A DNA stretch of 64,000 bases from Octopus vulgaris (Eukaryota): NCBI GenBank assembly GCA_951406725.2, contig OX597824.1:7006001-7070000 (forward strand). The letters are read 5' to 3'. Below the pieces are notes generated by a model. It saw only the letters and a program-made list of their open reading frames with translations, was not told where the DNA came from and searched no databases. Made by a program: the position numbers and the translations under genes. How positions within the stretch are numbered: the first letter of the stretch is position 1; every line of letters begins with the position of its first letter. Positions 53,378 through 64,000 of the stretch are shown here, piece after piece.

Positions 53378-53837
53378 CATATATACAGTAATGCCTTGAT
53401 ATATGAGTTAATTTCTTCCCGGAGACCGTTTGGAAAGTGAAAACTCATAAAGCAGAACAATAATTTCCCATAGTAGCAATGTTATAAATGGTAATTCGTT
53501 CCCAGAAAAATATTTTACCAATAAATTTATAATAATTATAAATAAATGTCAATAAAACAACAGCAGAACTTAAAGAATATTTTATGTAGAGTAAAAAGAA
53601 TGTCAAGATTATTTATAATAAAAAATATTACTGCTATAATCGTTTCCTGAAACTCTTTCACTCACACGAGACTTGTGCACACCAACTCTTGGAGACGTGA
53701 TTGCTGATTCACAAGCACTTATAGATAGACTTGTAGATTTCTTTTTAACAAAACAAGTTGAGAGTTGTTGGCTTAGAAGAAGCTTTTTTTGGCTCACTAT
53801 AAACGTCTCAGTAACACAGTAGTGTTTGTTATGGTAT

Positions 53838-54232
53838 TCTTTTATTCGTTTCAGTCACTTGACTGTGGCCATGCTGGAGCACTGCTTATAGTCGAGCAAA
53901 TCGACCCCAGGACTTATTCTTTGGAAGCCTAGTACTTATTCTATCAGTGTCTTTTTGCCAAACTGTTTAGTTACAGGGACGTAAACACACCAGCATCGGT
54001 TGTCAAGCAATGTTGGGAGGACAAACACAGACACAAAAACACACACACACACACACATGCACACGCACACACACACAGAGACACACACACACACACATAC
54101 AATGGGCTTCTTTCAGTTTCTGACTACTAAAACCACTCACAAGGCTTTGGTCAGCGCAAGGCTATAGTATAATACACTTGCCCAAGATGCCACGCAGTGG
54201 GAGTGAACCCAGAACCATGTGATTGGTAAGCA
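53838..54232 (-). mobile_element. SINE family A
   Basis: Reverse complement of the family A sequence. Confidence 0.87.
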
Positions 54233-54635
54233 AAGATACTCTTGCATTTCATTCAAAATTTGGATCTTGTCCTTGAAAAATTTCACCTCACCATACAAAG
54301 GTGAGCAGAAAAATAAAACTCGTAAACCCAGGGTTACTAAAGCAGGTCCTTGTATAGTAAGGTATTATTGTATGTATGTATGTATATATATAGGTTATGA
54401 GCATCTAGATAAATAAGGAGTGTTATAATATGGAATACTTGCCCATGGATTTATACTGTGGCACTGAAACTGGAACCATATGGTTGAAGAGCAAGCTTCT
54501 TCAGTACACTGTTATCACTGCTCCTATCCACACAGCCATGTCTGCTCAAGTGTAGTGGTGCATGTATGCCCACATGTGAATGTGTGAGTCATCTGACACT
54601 GCTCTTACAATAGTTGAACATCAGCTCAGCTTTAA

Positions 54636-54858
54636 CCCTTTCGATACCAACCCAGCTGAAACTGCCTCTGGCTCTGTAGTACAAATGTCAGGTTTTCATA
54701 AGTTCTGAATTAAAATCTTCCACCAAACCTTAGACACAATTTATGTTCCTAACACTAGCTGAATAATAACTAAAGTTATTTTACTAAATTCTTTGTTATA
54801 TTTAAAATTAATTGAAAGAAACACAGACCATCTCAAAATAAATACAGTAACGAAAGGG
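54636..54858. mobile_element. piggyBac-type MITE
   Basis: TTAA on both sides (54632-54635, 54859-54862); TIRs ccctttcgatac / gtaacgaaaggg. Confidence 0.88.
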
Positions 54859-55074
54859 TTAAGTGAAGAGCTCCTATGGTCAAGGGGATTCCAGCTCTAA
54901 ATATATCAGGTTTTGGAGATCTAGGACAACATTCTACAATGTGACCATATAATTTCTTATCGTTATTGTTTTAACATCCACAACTCTATGTTTGCATGCA
55001 TGTATGTGTTGGAATGTGTGTGCATGTGTGTGTGTATGCATATATATATAACACCCATGCCAGTGGCACATAAA

Positions 55075-55240
55075 AAGCACCCAGCACACCCTGTAAAAAT
55101 GGTTGGCATTAGGAAGGGCATCCAGCCGTAGAAATCATAGCAAAACAGACAACTGGAACCAGGGCAGCTCTCCAGCTGGCCACCTCCCATCAAACCATCC
55201 AACTCATGCCTGTATGGAAAACAGAAGTTAAACAATGGTG
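55075..55240 (+). mobile_element. SINE family C 3' part
   Basis: ggttggcattaggaagggcatccagccgtagaaa..catgcc..atggaaa..gttaaac. Confidence 0.8.
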
Positions 55241-55247
55241 GTGATTA

Positions 55248-55344
<97 letters not shown>

Positions 55345-55351
55345 ATATATA

Positions 55352-55646
55352 TAGGCACAGGCATGGATGCATGGTAAGAAGCTTGCTTCTCAACCTCATG
55401 GTTCCAAGTTCAGTCCCACTGCATGGCACCTTGGGCTTTACTATAGTAAAATATTTGTTTTGTAGACTTAAATAACAGACAGGAGTGGCTGTGTGGTAAG
55501 AAGCTTGCTTCCCAACCACATGGTTCTGGGTTCAGTCCCACTGCATGGCACTGCGGGGAAGTGTCTTCTACTATAGCCTCAGGCCAACCAAAGCCTTATG
55601 AGTGAATCTGGTAGATGGAAATTGAAAGAAGCCCATTGTATGTGTA

Positions 55647-55690
<44 letters not shown>

Positions 55691-55868
55691 TGTGTGTCTG
55701 TGTTTGTCCCCACCATCATTTGACAACCAAAGTAGGCGTATTTACATCCCCGTAACTTAGTGGTTTAGCAAAAGAGACTGATAGAATAGAGTCAATTTGT
55801 TCAACTATAGGTGGTGCTTCAGCATGGCTGCAGTCAAATGACTAAAACAAGTAAAACAGTAAAAGAGA
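55352..55868 (+). mobile_element. SINE family A: partial head (55352-55446) plus full copy (55480-55868)
   Basis: Colinear with other family A copies; CpG sites mostly decayed. Confidence 0.87.
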
Positions 55869-56102
55869 ATATATATATATCAAGTCCCTTATCAAGGACA
55901 AGGGTTGTCTGAAGCAGCCTTCTTTATTTAAGATGGACAGAGATTTAGCTCCTATTTCTAAAAGATAAAGCAAGTGTATAGAGACTCAGCACACAAGTAT
56001 GTGTATGTGTAAACATGTGCATGAATGCACCATTATATATACAGGTATGTGTGGCACCATGTAGCACATGACAAAGCAAGGTTTTTAAATGATGGTCAGT
56101 AT

Positions 56103-56320
56103 GAGGCGGCGAGCTGGCAGAAACGTTAGCACGATGAGTGAAATGCTTAGCAGTAATTCGTCTGTTTTTACATTATGAGTTCAAATTCCGCCGAGGTCAA
56201 CTTCGCCTTTCTTTCTTTCGGCGTTAATAACTTAAGTACCAGTTGCATACTGGGGTCAATCTAATCGACTGCCCCCCACTCTCCCAAAATTTCGGGTCTT
56301 GGGACTAGAGTAGAAAAGAA
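56103..56320 (+). mobile_element. SINE family B, full length
   Basis: aggcggcgagctggcagaaacgttagc head, gagttcaaattccgccgaggtc B box, taagtaccagttgcatactgggg. Confidence 0.88.
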
Positions 56321-57283
56321 CAATAGTCAATATGCATACACAAGGTGAATGCCATTTACTGTGATCGTTTTGGAAACACAGCCATTTAGATAACAATAAC
56401 CAGATGACTGGATTAAGCAGAGGGGAAATAAGTATATGTTAGTCTTGTGGCACAAAGAGTATACATAGAACACACACACACACAAGCACGCACACACGTA
56501 CACACACGTACACACACGTACACACACACACACACACACACAAGTTTAGATTAAAAATGAGAGATATATATTTTTGCACACACCTCTATATTTGTATGTA
56601 TCAAAATATTCATAGACTCATATATACATCTATACACACATATAGAATGCTTTTTTTTTCCATTTACTGCATTCAGAACATACTTCATTTTCAGTTGCAA
56701 ACTAAAATAGCATACATTCACAAAACGCTGTATATGTATGTGTGTGCATCTGGTGCAAGTCTTGTGTGCATGTATATCTCTGTATGCGTGTGAGTGCATG
56801 AGTGTGGCCGCATGCATGTGTGTTTGCATTCATACGTATGTCTGTGTGTTCATTTCTGTTCATATGTTTATAATCTTCCATTGTCTGTCTTTTATCAGAG
56901 AACGGAAGTTGCTTTTCTATGTTGATATAAGAATCGAAATTTTACTGTCTAACAAGCACACACACTCAGACATATGTATTTAAACATTACAAAGCCACAC
57001 TGTGGGTAAAATAAGAATGTAAACACTTTATTTCTATACTGCTGATGTGCAGGCAAAAGAGAGAAGGAATCTCCCGATGGACCATTTCACAGTGTATTGA
57101 TCACTGCTCAGAGAAGACATATCTAGCTTCCTTCCCTAATTAACAGCATACTTGGATGCTGTACAATACAGTCATAAATTAGTTTAGCACCGTGGTGGAT
57201 CGCTCTACTCACATCTCCATCACTAAGCATCACTTAGGTTTTAATACTATGACACAATTTATTGCAATCCCTTCAGGCTACAC

Positions 57284-57541
57284 ACTAATGAAGAGAAATA
57301 ACCCAGAAATCGTGATACGCAGACGTTGTTTTGAGCTGAGTGGGGGTGCTACATTCCCTTGTTCAAAAATATAAGGACAACACAGATTGTGTTGTATAGC
57401 CAGCTGGAGATGATGTCTCCTGAGGCTAAATTACAGCAACATTCATCCTAAACCAGGACTGCCATGTTATGTTGGCAAATAATCTTTACTCCAAAGTATT
57501 GTTGCTGAATATCTCTCATTGTGGGATTTACAAATAGTAAT
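57284..57541 (+). mobile_element. Second copy of the 25.9-kb Penelope-type unit (single arm, mutated core CTAATGA)
   Basis: atgaagagaaataacccagaaatcgtgatac..ggctaaattacagcaacatt..ccaggactgccatg..atctttact matches 25909-26107 and the reverse complement of 25697-25822. Confidence 0.85.
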
Positions 57542-58394
57542 TTTCTAACATCATTTTCTATTCAACTTTCTGACCTGACCATATCACGGTACTTCTTACT
57601 TTACTCATCCCCCTCCTTTATGCTCTCTTCATACAATCACCATTTCTGACCGCTATGGTCACCTCTCCTGTATATGTATAGCATTGAGTCTCTTGCCCCG
57701 TATATAGCAGTCCTGTCTCTTTTGGTTACCCTTTTCATCCCCTGTCTATCCTCTTACACAGTGCAATGTGACATGTTTAAATCAAAGGTTTCTCTCTCGT
57801 GGTAAATGGCAGATTGGACTTTAATTATGTATGAAGTACTTTGCTGTATGGATTTTGAAGGTAGAAATTCTTCAAAAGCTCAAAAGAAATGATGCAAGCA
57901 TGTTCTGCAGGATGGATAATGCTAGCATATACAAACAACACAATAAGAGTTGAGTGCAAAAATAAGATGAAGAATAATCAGATGAACCAAGCAAACAGAC
58001 ATTTGCTTTCTGATATGAACATACGAGACATGTGCTTAAACAAATATGTGACCATCAAAGTGGTAGGTATCTTGAAAAGTAGAAAAGCTGGCAGAAGAGG
58101 TGAACACTGATCTCCAAGAAACAGGAACTCCTTAAGGAGTTGACTCATAATTGACAGAAGTAGCAAGACTTTGAAATGGAGCAGAACAGCACAACCAATA
58201 CAGGAATGGGGTAAAATGTGCATGATGATGTTGTTGTTGTCGATGATGGTGATTATGATAATGTTGATGATGTAGTCTTTAGGACACATACCATTGGAAT
58301 TCGATGCACTTCCTTGAGTTCGTGACTGAGGTCCAGGATTCTCACCAAGGGACCTCAATAACTACATAAGAGGCAAAGTTAAAATTCTTTTATT

Positions 58395-58683
58395 GTTTTG
58401 ATTGTTTCAGTCATTTGACTGCGCCCATGCTGGAGCACCTTCTCGTCGTACAAATCGATCCCAGGACTTATTCTTTGTAAGCCTAGTACTTTTTGTATCG
58501 GTCTATTTTGCCAAACTGCTATGTTACGGGGAAATAAACACACCAGCATCGGTTGTCAAGCGATGGTGAGGACAAACACACACACATATAAGACAGGCTT
58601 CTTTCAGTTTCCGTCAACCAAATCCAATCAGAAGGTTTTGGTCAGCCCAAGGCTATAGTAGAAGACACTTGACCAAGGTGCCA
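58395..58683 (-). mobile_element. SINE family A (5'-truncated)
   Basis: Reverse complement of the family A sequence. Confidence 0.85.
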
Positions 58684-59468
58684 CTTAAAGTAACAACATA
58701 CGTCAGTATGAAAAAGGTACGACAGAATCAAGCATCAGGAACAGACCAAACAATGCACATAGATACACAAGCATGCGCATGTACACACACACACACACAC
58801 GTCATCATCATCATCATCATCATCATTGTTTAACGCCAGTTTCCTTGCTGGCAAGAATATAACTAATTTCCAGACATAGATGTTATTTTTTCAGGACACT
58901 GTTACTTCAGGATGCCAATCTTTGCAGCAATGGCAAAATGGCTGTTATAAACACATGTGGCACTGGTGTAGCCGGTAGCTGCAAATAACATGTAGTCAAG
59001 GTGTGAAATGGCCAAGTTCATTTTTAGTGCAATTATTTGGATTTCTTCCAAAGGTTTTACAGAACGCAATGGAACTCAATTATGCTATAAAGCAGAGTGG
59101 TTGTAGGAATTAAGGAAAAGTACAACTGATTCCTTTCAACAGGTTAACAAGATATGATATATGCATGGGAGAGAAAGAGAGAGAGAGAGAAAGAGAGTAT
59201 GTCAGTGTACATGTGCGTGTATGTATGTCTGTGTGTGTGTGTGTGTTTAGCTTTACAACACTTGGTAACCAAATCCAAAATGGACATACGTGAATGTTAT
59301 CGTTTTAATTGTGACACTTGAAACTTGGGGACTATAATGCAAGAAACCTAAAGTAGTGTTTCAAATCCACAAAGAAAGCATTCATCCACTAACACTATAT
59401 TTAGTACTCAATCACACAGTTTGTTAGTAACATAGACACACACATTTTTATTTATTTATGTGTGTGCG

Positions 59469-59512
<44 letters not shown>

Positions 59513-59519
59513 GTTCAAA

Positions 59520-59685
59520 ATTGTACAAAAGAAAAATCTAAACAAAAGACAGAGACAGGTGAGGAAACAACAAACAAACAAAGTGTATAAGTTTGACAGT
59601 CAGGAAAAATAGAAGAGTTTTTGATGTTTCAAGCTGTTGCTCTTCTACAGAAAAGAATGAAGGAAAGCAGATGGAGAGAGGGGAT
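59520..59685 (-). mobile_element. Diverged copy of the CUGUAGA hammerhead-like repeat
   Basis: Minus strand reads tttt-CTGTAGA-a-gagc-aaca-gctt-GAAA-c-ATC-aaaa. Confidence 0.6.
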
Positions 59686-59912
59686 AAATGTGTCTGTATT
59701 TACAGTTACACACACACATATATATTTATAAGGGCAAAACAAAATTGAAGAATTAATTTGTTTGCCTAATAACATCATATATTACATAATCTTTACATGA
59801 ACTTCACAAGCCAAGGCTAGTATTCTGTTACAGAGGCAATTACATAAATACACTGAAACACCAAATCTTCAGAAGAAAATAAGTATCTAGACAATAATTA
59901 TTTACCAACATC

Positions 59913-60775
59913 CAGTGCTGGATTAACCATCAAGCACAAAATGCATGTGTTTAGGGCGTCAAAGGAATGTGGCACATCATCATCATCATCATCATTTAAT
60001 GTCTGTGTTCCATGCTAGCATGGATGAGACGGTATGACAAGAGCCTACTAAGTTGATCCCTGCACCAGCTTTGTGATTGTTATGGCAGGATTTTTACAGC
60101 TGGATGCCCTTCCTAACATCAACTGCTCAGCAGAATGGCACAAGCATAGGTGAGGTGAGTAGTGCTTTTTACATGGCACAAGCATAGGGGAGGTTAGTTT
60201 TGGCATGGTTTTTACAGCTGAATGCCCTTCTAAACACCAACAACTTTACAGTGTGGACTGGGGTACTTTTAAGTGGCACCTGCACTGACAGGGTCACCAA
60301 GTACTTGCAAAACAAAACCTTTTAAGAGGGGAGGAGGCATTGGAGGAGGTGATGATGAAAAGGTCATAATGAGACAGATACAGGTATCTTGCTATAGAGG
60401 AAGTACAAGGTTACCCAGAAATAGTAAATGGTTTACAGCACAAAAGAAATCACTTTAAACTTGTTAAAATATTTGAAGTGGTTTATATGGTTGGAAATAT
60501 AAATTTGAAGTGTCCATGGTGTCATAATGAGGATCTGATCCAAGAAGTTACAATTGACGGAAAAAAACAGGGCAAGGAAGCTTTACAAATATTAAACAAA
60601 GTGCAAGTATACAAAGATAGACATTATTTTCCATCTTACTGTTAACTTTGCTTCATGTTGTAAAATAAAAATTCATTTTATGGTTTATTATTGTTTATAT
60701 TTTGAATTACATATATATGGGGGCACCCAAGTCTTTTAAGTGTTTAGGGCCTCCATGGGTCTTAAGCTGGCCCTG
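59913..60775. mobile_element. hAT-type MITE interrupted by a SINE family C insertion (~59975-60300)
   Basis: Degenerate TIRs cagtgctggattaa / ttaagctggccctg; 8-bp flanks ccaacatc / acaacatc. Confidence 0.65.
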
Positions 60776-62104
60776 ACAACATCAGTTGGTTGACAGAGCT
60801 AAGTTGGACTTGTGAATAAACTTGAGAGAACATTATACAGCAGTTAAGGAAAGGAAAGCTATTATTTATCTTTCATCAGTGAAATGACGACAGAAAGAAA
60901 GGAGGAAGAAGAACAACTGTGGTCAGGATGTCAAAGGAAAAAAAGGAAGGTCTATGGCATGAGCTGTCTTACATCAGAGAAAATTCCAATTTAACAATGA
61001 TAAATGGTATAGAAAACAGTAGCAGAGACAGCAACATAAAATTTGGATTGAGACAAACACACACACACATGCTCACACACCAACATATAGGAATATATAA
61101 CTTATGTATTAACACCTAATCACGTATGCATCTACATCCATATGTTTAAGCATAAACATCTAGATCAGTGGTTCCCAAAGTGGGTGGTATTGCAACTCTT
61201 GGTGGGGGTGGAAATTTCCAAGGGGCCATTGAAGAAAAGGGGAGCAACAATGGGGTAGTGATTACAAAACCTTACGCTCGTTTTGAGGAATGCATTTGTA
61301 TTGGGCAAGTATTCCAGCCAATACAAATAGTCACATTTCCCTCATCAAAGGTACAACTAAATTGATTAAGATAGCTCAAAAATTGAGAAAGCCTTAAATA
61401 TTTTCCTACTTACAGAACTTGAAGTCATACCAAGTAATGTTACATTTTTTTTTTAAAATGTTATAGTATTTTTTAAAAAGTTTGCAAGGATATAGCAAGG
61501 CTTTGATAAAGGGACTTGACCTACGAAAATCTGTCACCCTCTTTGACTTTTGATTTTTGCTATATATATATATATATATATATTTTAGTCAGGGTGGAGG
61601 GCAGTACCCATGATAATCTGTAGAGCCAGCAAGATTTGTGGGAAAGGAGGAAGAAGGTATCCAGAAATTGGAAACTTGGTCCAAATGCAAGCAATAGGCT
61701 GGACCCTTCTAAAGAGATCCAGAGTGTTAAGTAGTGGTGTTCAACTGGACAATGGATTAAGTCTGCCACCCAGATAGACTATTGTGGGATCTAGACTTGG
61801 AATGCAAAATGCTGGAACACTTACTGCAAGGCATCCTGCTTGGTGGTCTTAGAATTCTGTAAAATCTACTTCTCTGACTTACTTTTGTTTTTTGAAGCCC
61901 CAAGAGATGAAAATTAAAACTGACTTCAGTGAAATTTGAACTCAAATTTCTGAATAATCAACAAAGTGAACACTCAGAATAATGATAGAAGAAGCTTCAG
62001 ATTCTAATAAAATATGCACACACTGATAGACTGACACACACATCTATACAAAGATATGTATGTGTGTATGAATGTATGTATGTGGGTGTGTGTGTATATA
62101 TCAT

Positions 62105-62270
62105 TATCATCATCATCATCATCATCGTCGTCGTTTAACGTCCGCTTTCCATGCTGGCATGGGTTGGACGATTTGACTGAGAGCTGGCGAGCCAGATGGC
62201 TGCACCAGGCTCCAATCTTGATCTGGCAGAGTTTCTACAGCTGGATGCCCTTCCTAATGCCAACCACTCC
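62105..62270 (-). mobile_element. SINE family C 3' fragment
   Basis: (cat)n followed by gtttaacgtccgctttccatgctggcatgggttggacg..gcccttcctaatgccaaccactcc. Confidence 0.88.
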
Positions 62271-62307
<37 letters not shown>

Positions 62308-62580
62308 TGAGTAGTTGAATGAATTATCTTGTTATGGATAATTCGGTTAACCGATACCTGGGTAGCAAATTTAATATTTGCTCCTTGGGATCCTGCTACC
62401 TTATATACTCCTTATTCCTTCGCAATTAGGAATATGCAGCCTTCGAAACATATGTCGAAAATAAAGGAATTTTGTTAATTCGTTGTTCAACTCCATTCTT
62501 TCATATATTTATATATATACATATATATATATATATACTCATATATATACACGTGTATAAATATATATATATATGTATAA

Positions 62581-62618
<38 letters not shown>

Positions 62619-62635
62619 TCATATATATACACGTG

Positions 62636-62677
<42 letters not shown>

Positions 62678-63346
62678 TATATATATACGCACACATAAAC
62701 ACACATTAATATACATTTATATATACATGCATACACACTCATACATATACATATTGACACTGTGTGAAATTTGTAATAAATCGTTTCTATAAAAAAACGA
62801 ATATCAACAATCTTCAGAAGATAATGATAATTAAATATTGCTTGTTAACATTTGTTCTGATACAAAGAAAGAAACGAAGTCGGTTTTATTTGTAGCATTT
62901 TCACAAATAAATCCGATTTACTGAAGACTTTCAAATAAAATTAGAGAAAGCACCAACGAAATTTAAGCAATCATTCTCACAAAGACATTTTGACGTGCCA
63001 GGTTATTAAAACCAAAATTCTGTAAAACATTAACTTTTGTAAAGTAAATATATTTATATGTCCAATGTTAGAAAAAAAGTAAAAAAAAAAAAGGGAAGAA
63101 ATCAATAAATAGATATGAACATACGAAGTGATCAATTCTGAGATAGTTATACAATAATAATTTACATTACTGTCAGAAAAGTTTTTAAATTTAGAATGTC
63201 TGGGTGATAAAATTATAATATTGCATGACAAAGGATATTGTGGAAGCTGCTGTCAAATTATGGAATATGAAACTTTGTTTTAAAATGAAGTTCAGCCGTA
63301 AAGCTAATAACCAAACATTATATGAGTCTTTAATTAAATTAATTAT

Positions 63347-63532
63347 ATAGGCGCAGGAGTGGCTGTGTGGTAAGTAGCTTGCTTACAAACCACATGGTTC
63401 CAGGTTCAGTCCGACTGCGTGGCACCTTGGACAAGTGTCTTCTACTATAGCCTCAGGCTGACCAAAGCCTTGTGAGTGGATTTGGTAGACGGAAACTGAA
63501 TGAAGCCTGTCGTATATATGTGTGTGTGTGTG

Positions 63533-63586
<54 letters not shown>

Positions 63587-63775
63587 TGTGTTTGTTCCCC
63601 CAACATTGCTTGACAACCGATGGTGGTGTGTTTACGTAACTTAGCGGTTCGGTAAAAGAGATTGATAGGCTTACAAAGAATAAGTCCTGGGGTCAATTTG
63701 CTCGACTAAAGGCAGCGCTCCAGCATGGCTACAGTCACACGACTGAAACAAGTAAAAGAGAGAGAGTAAAAAGAG
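63347..63775 (+). mobile_element. SINE family A, full length
   Basis: ataggcgcaggagtggctgtgtggtaag head through gactgaaacaagtaaaagag tail. Confidence 0.9.
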
Positions 63776-63780
63776 TATAT

Positions 63781-64000
63781 TGGTGTGTGGCTTTGTGGTC
63801 AGGGTGCTGCACTTACAATTGTGAGATGGTGGGTTCAATTCTCGGGTCGTGTGGTGCATTTTGCTCTTGAGTCACATTGTTACATGTTGCTCTGCAATTG
63901 CTTTCACATCTGACATGTAGCACACCACAGGCTTGTACAATCAATCGGGTGGAGGGTGGGAGCTTCTGTGCAGCGCATGCATTTCATCATTAGAAATAAA
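63781..64000 (+). mobile_element. Diverged tRNA-derived SINE (runs off the window)
   Basis: A-box-like tggctttgtgg and B-box-like gggttcaattct. Confidence 0.6.

Noticed and set aside
61166-61250. hAT/Charlie-like left TIR cagtggttcccaaagtggg
   Set aside because: No matching right TIR or TSD found, so boundaries cannot be supported

Overview
AT-rich, microsatellite- and SINE-dense animal genomic DNA. The repeat families look like those of an octopod cephalopod (Octopus-like); this is recognition, not a database result. One clear protein-coding gene is present: a single-coding-exon rhodopsin-class neuropeptide GPCR at 36853..38016 (+), of the myosuppressin/DMSR-1/myomodulin-receptor type. Most other listed ORFs are translations of simple repeats. 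The rest is tRNA-derived SINEs of several families, hAT- and piggyBac-type MITEs, and LINE relics (R4/Dong-like, possibly L1/Tx1-like). The most notable signal is a set of unrelated fold-back elements carrying type I hammerhead-ribozyme (HHR) motifs of the minimal Penelope-like kind. One is a head-to-head pair of tRNA-headed, HHR-tailed units inside a single 12-bp target-site duplication (12855..13499). In others the HHR core sits at the hairpin apex (25747..26107, 6599..6826), or the inverted arm ends exactly at the predicted cleavage site (53107..53287). All alignments and folds were done by eye; boundaries of degenerate repeats are approximate.
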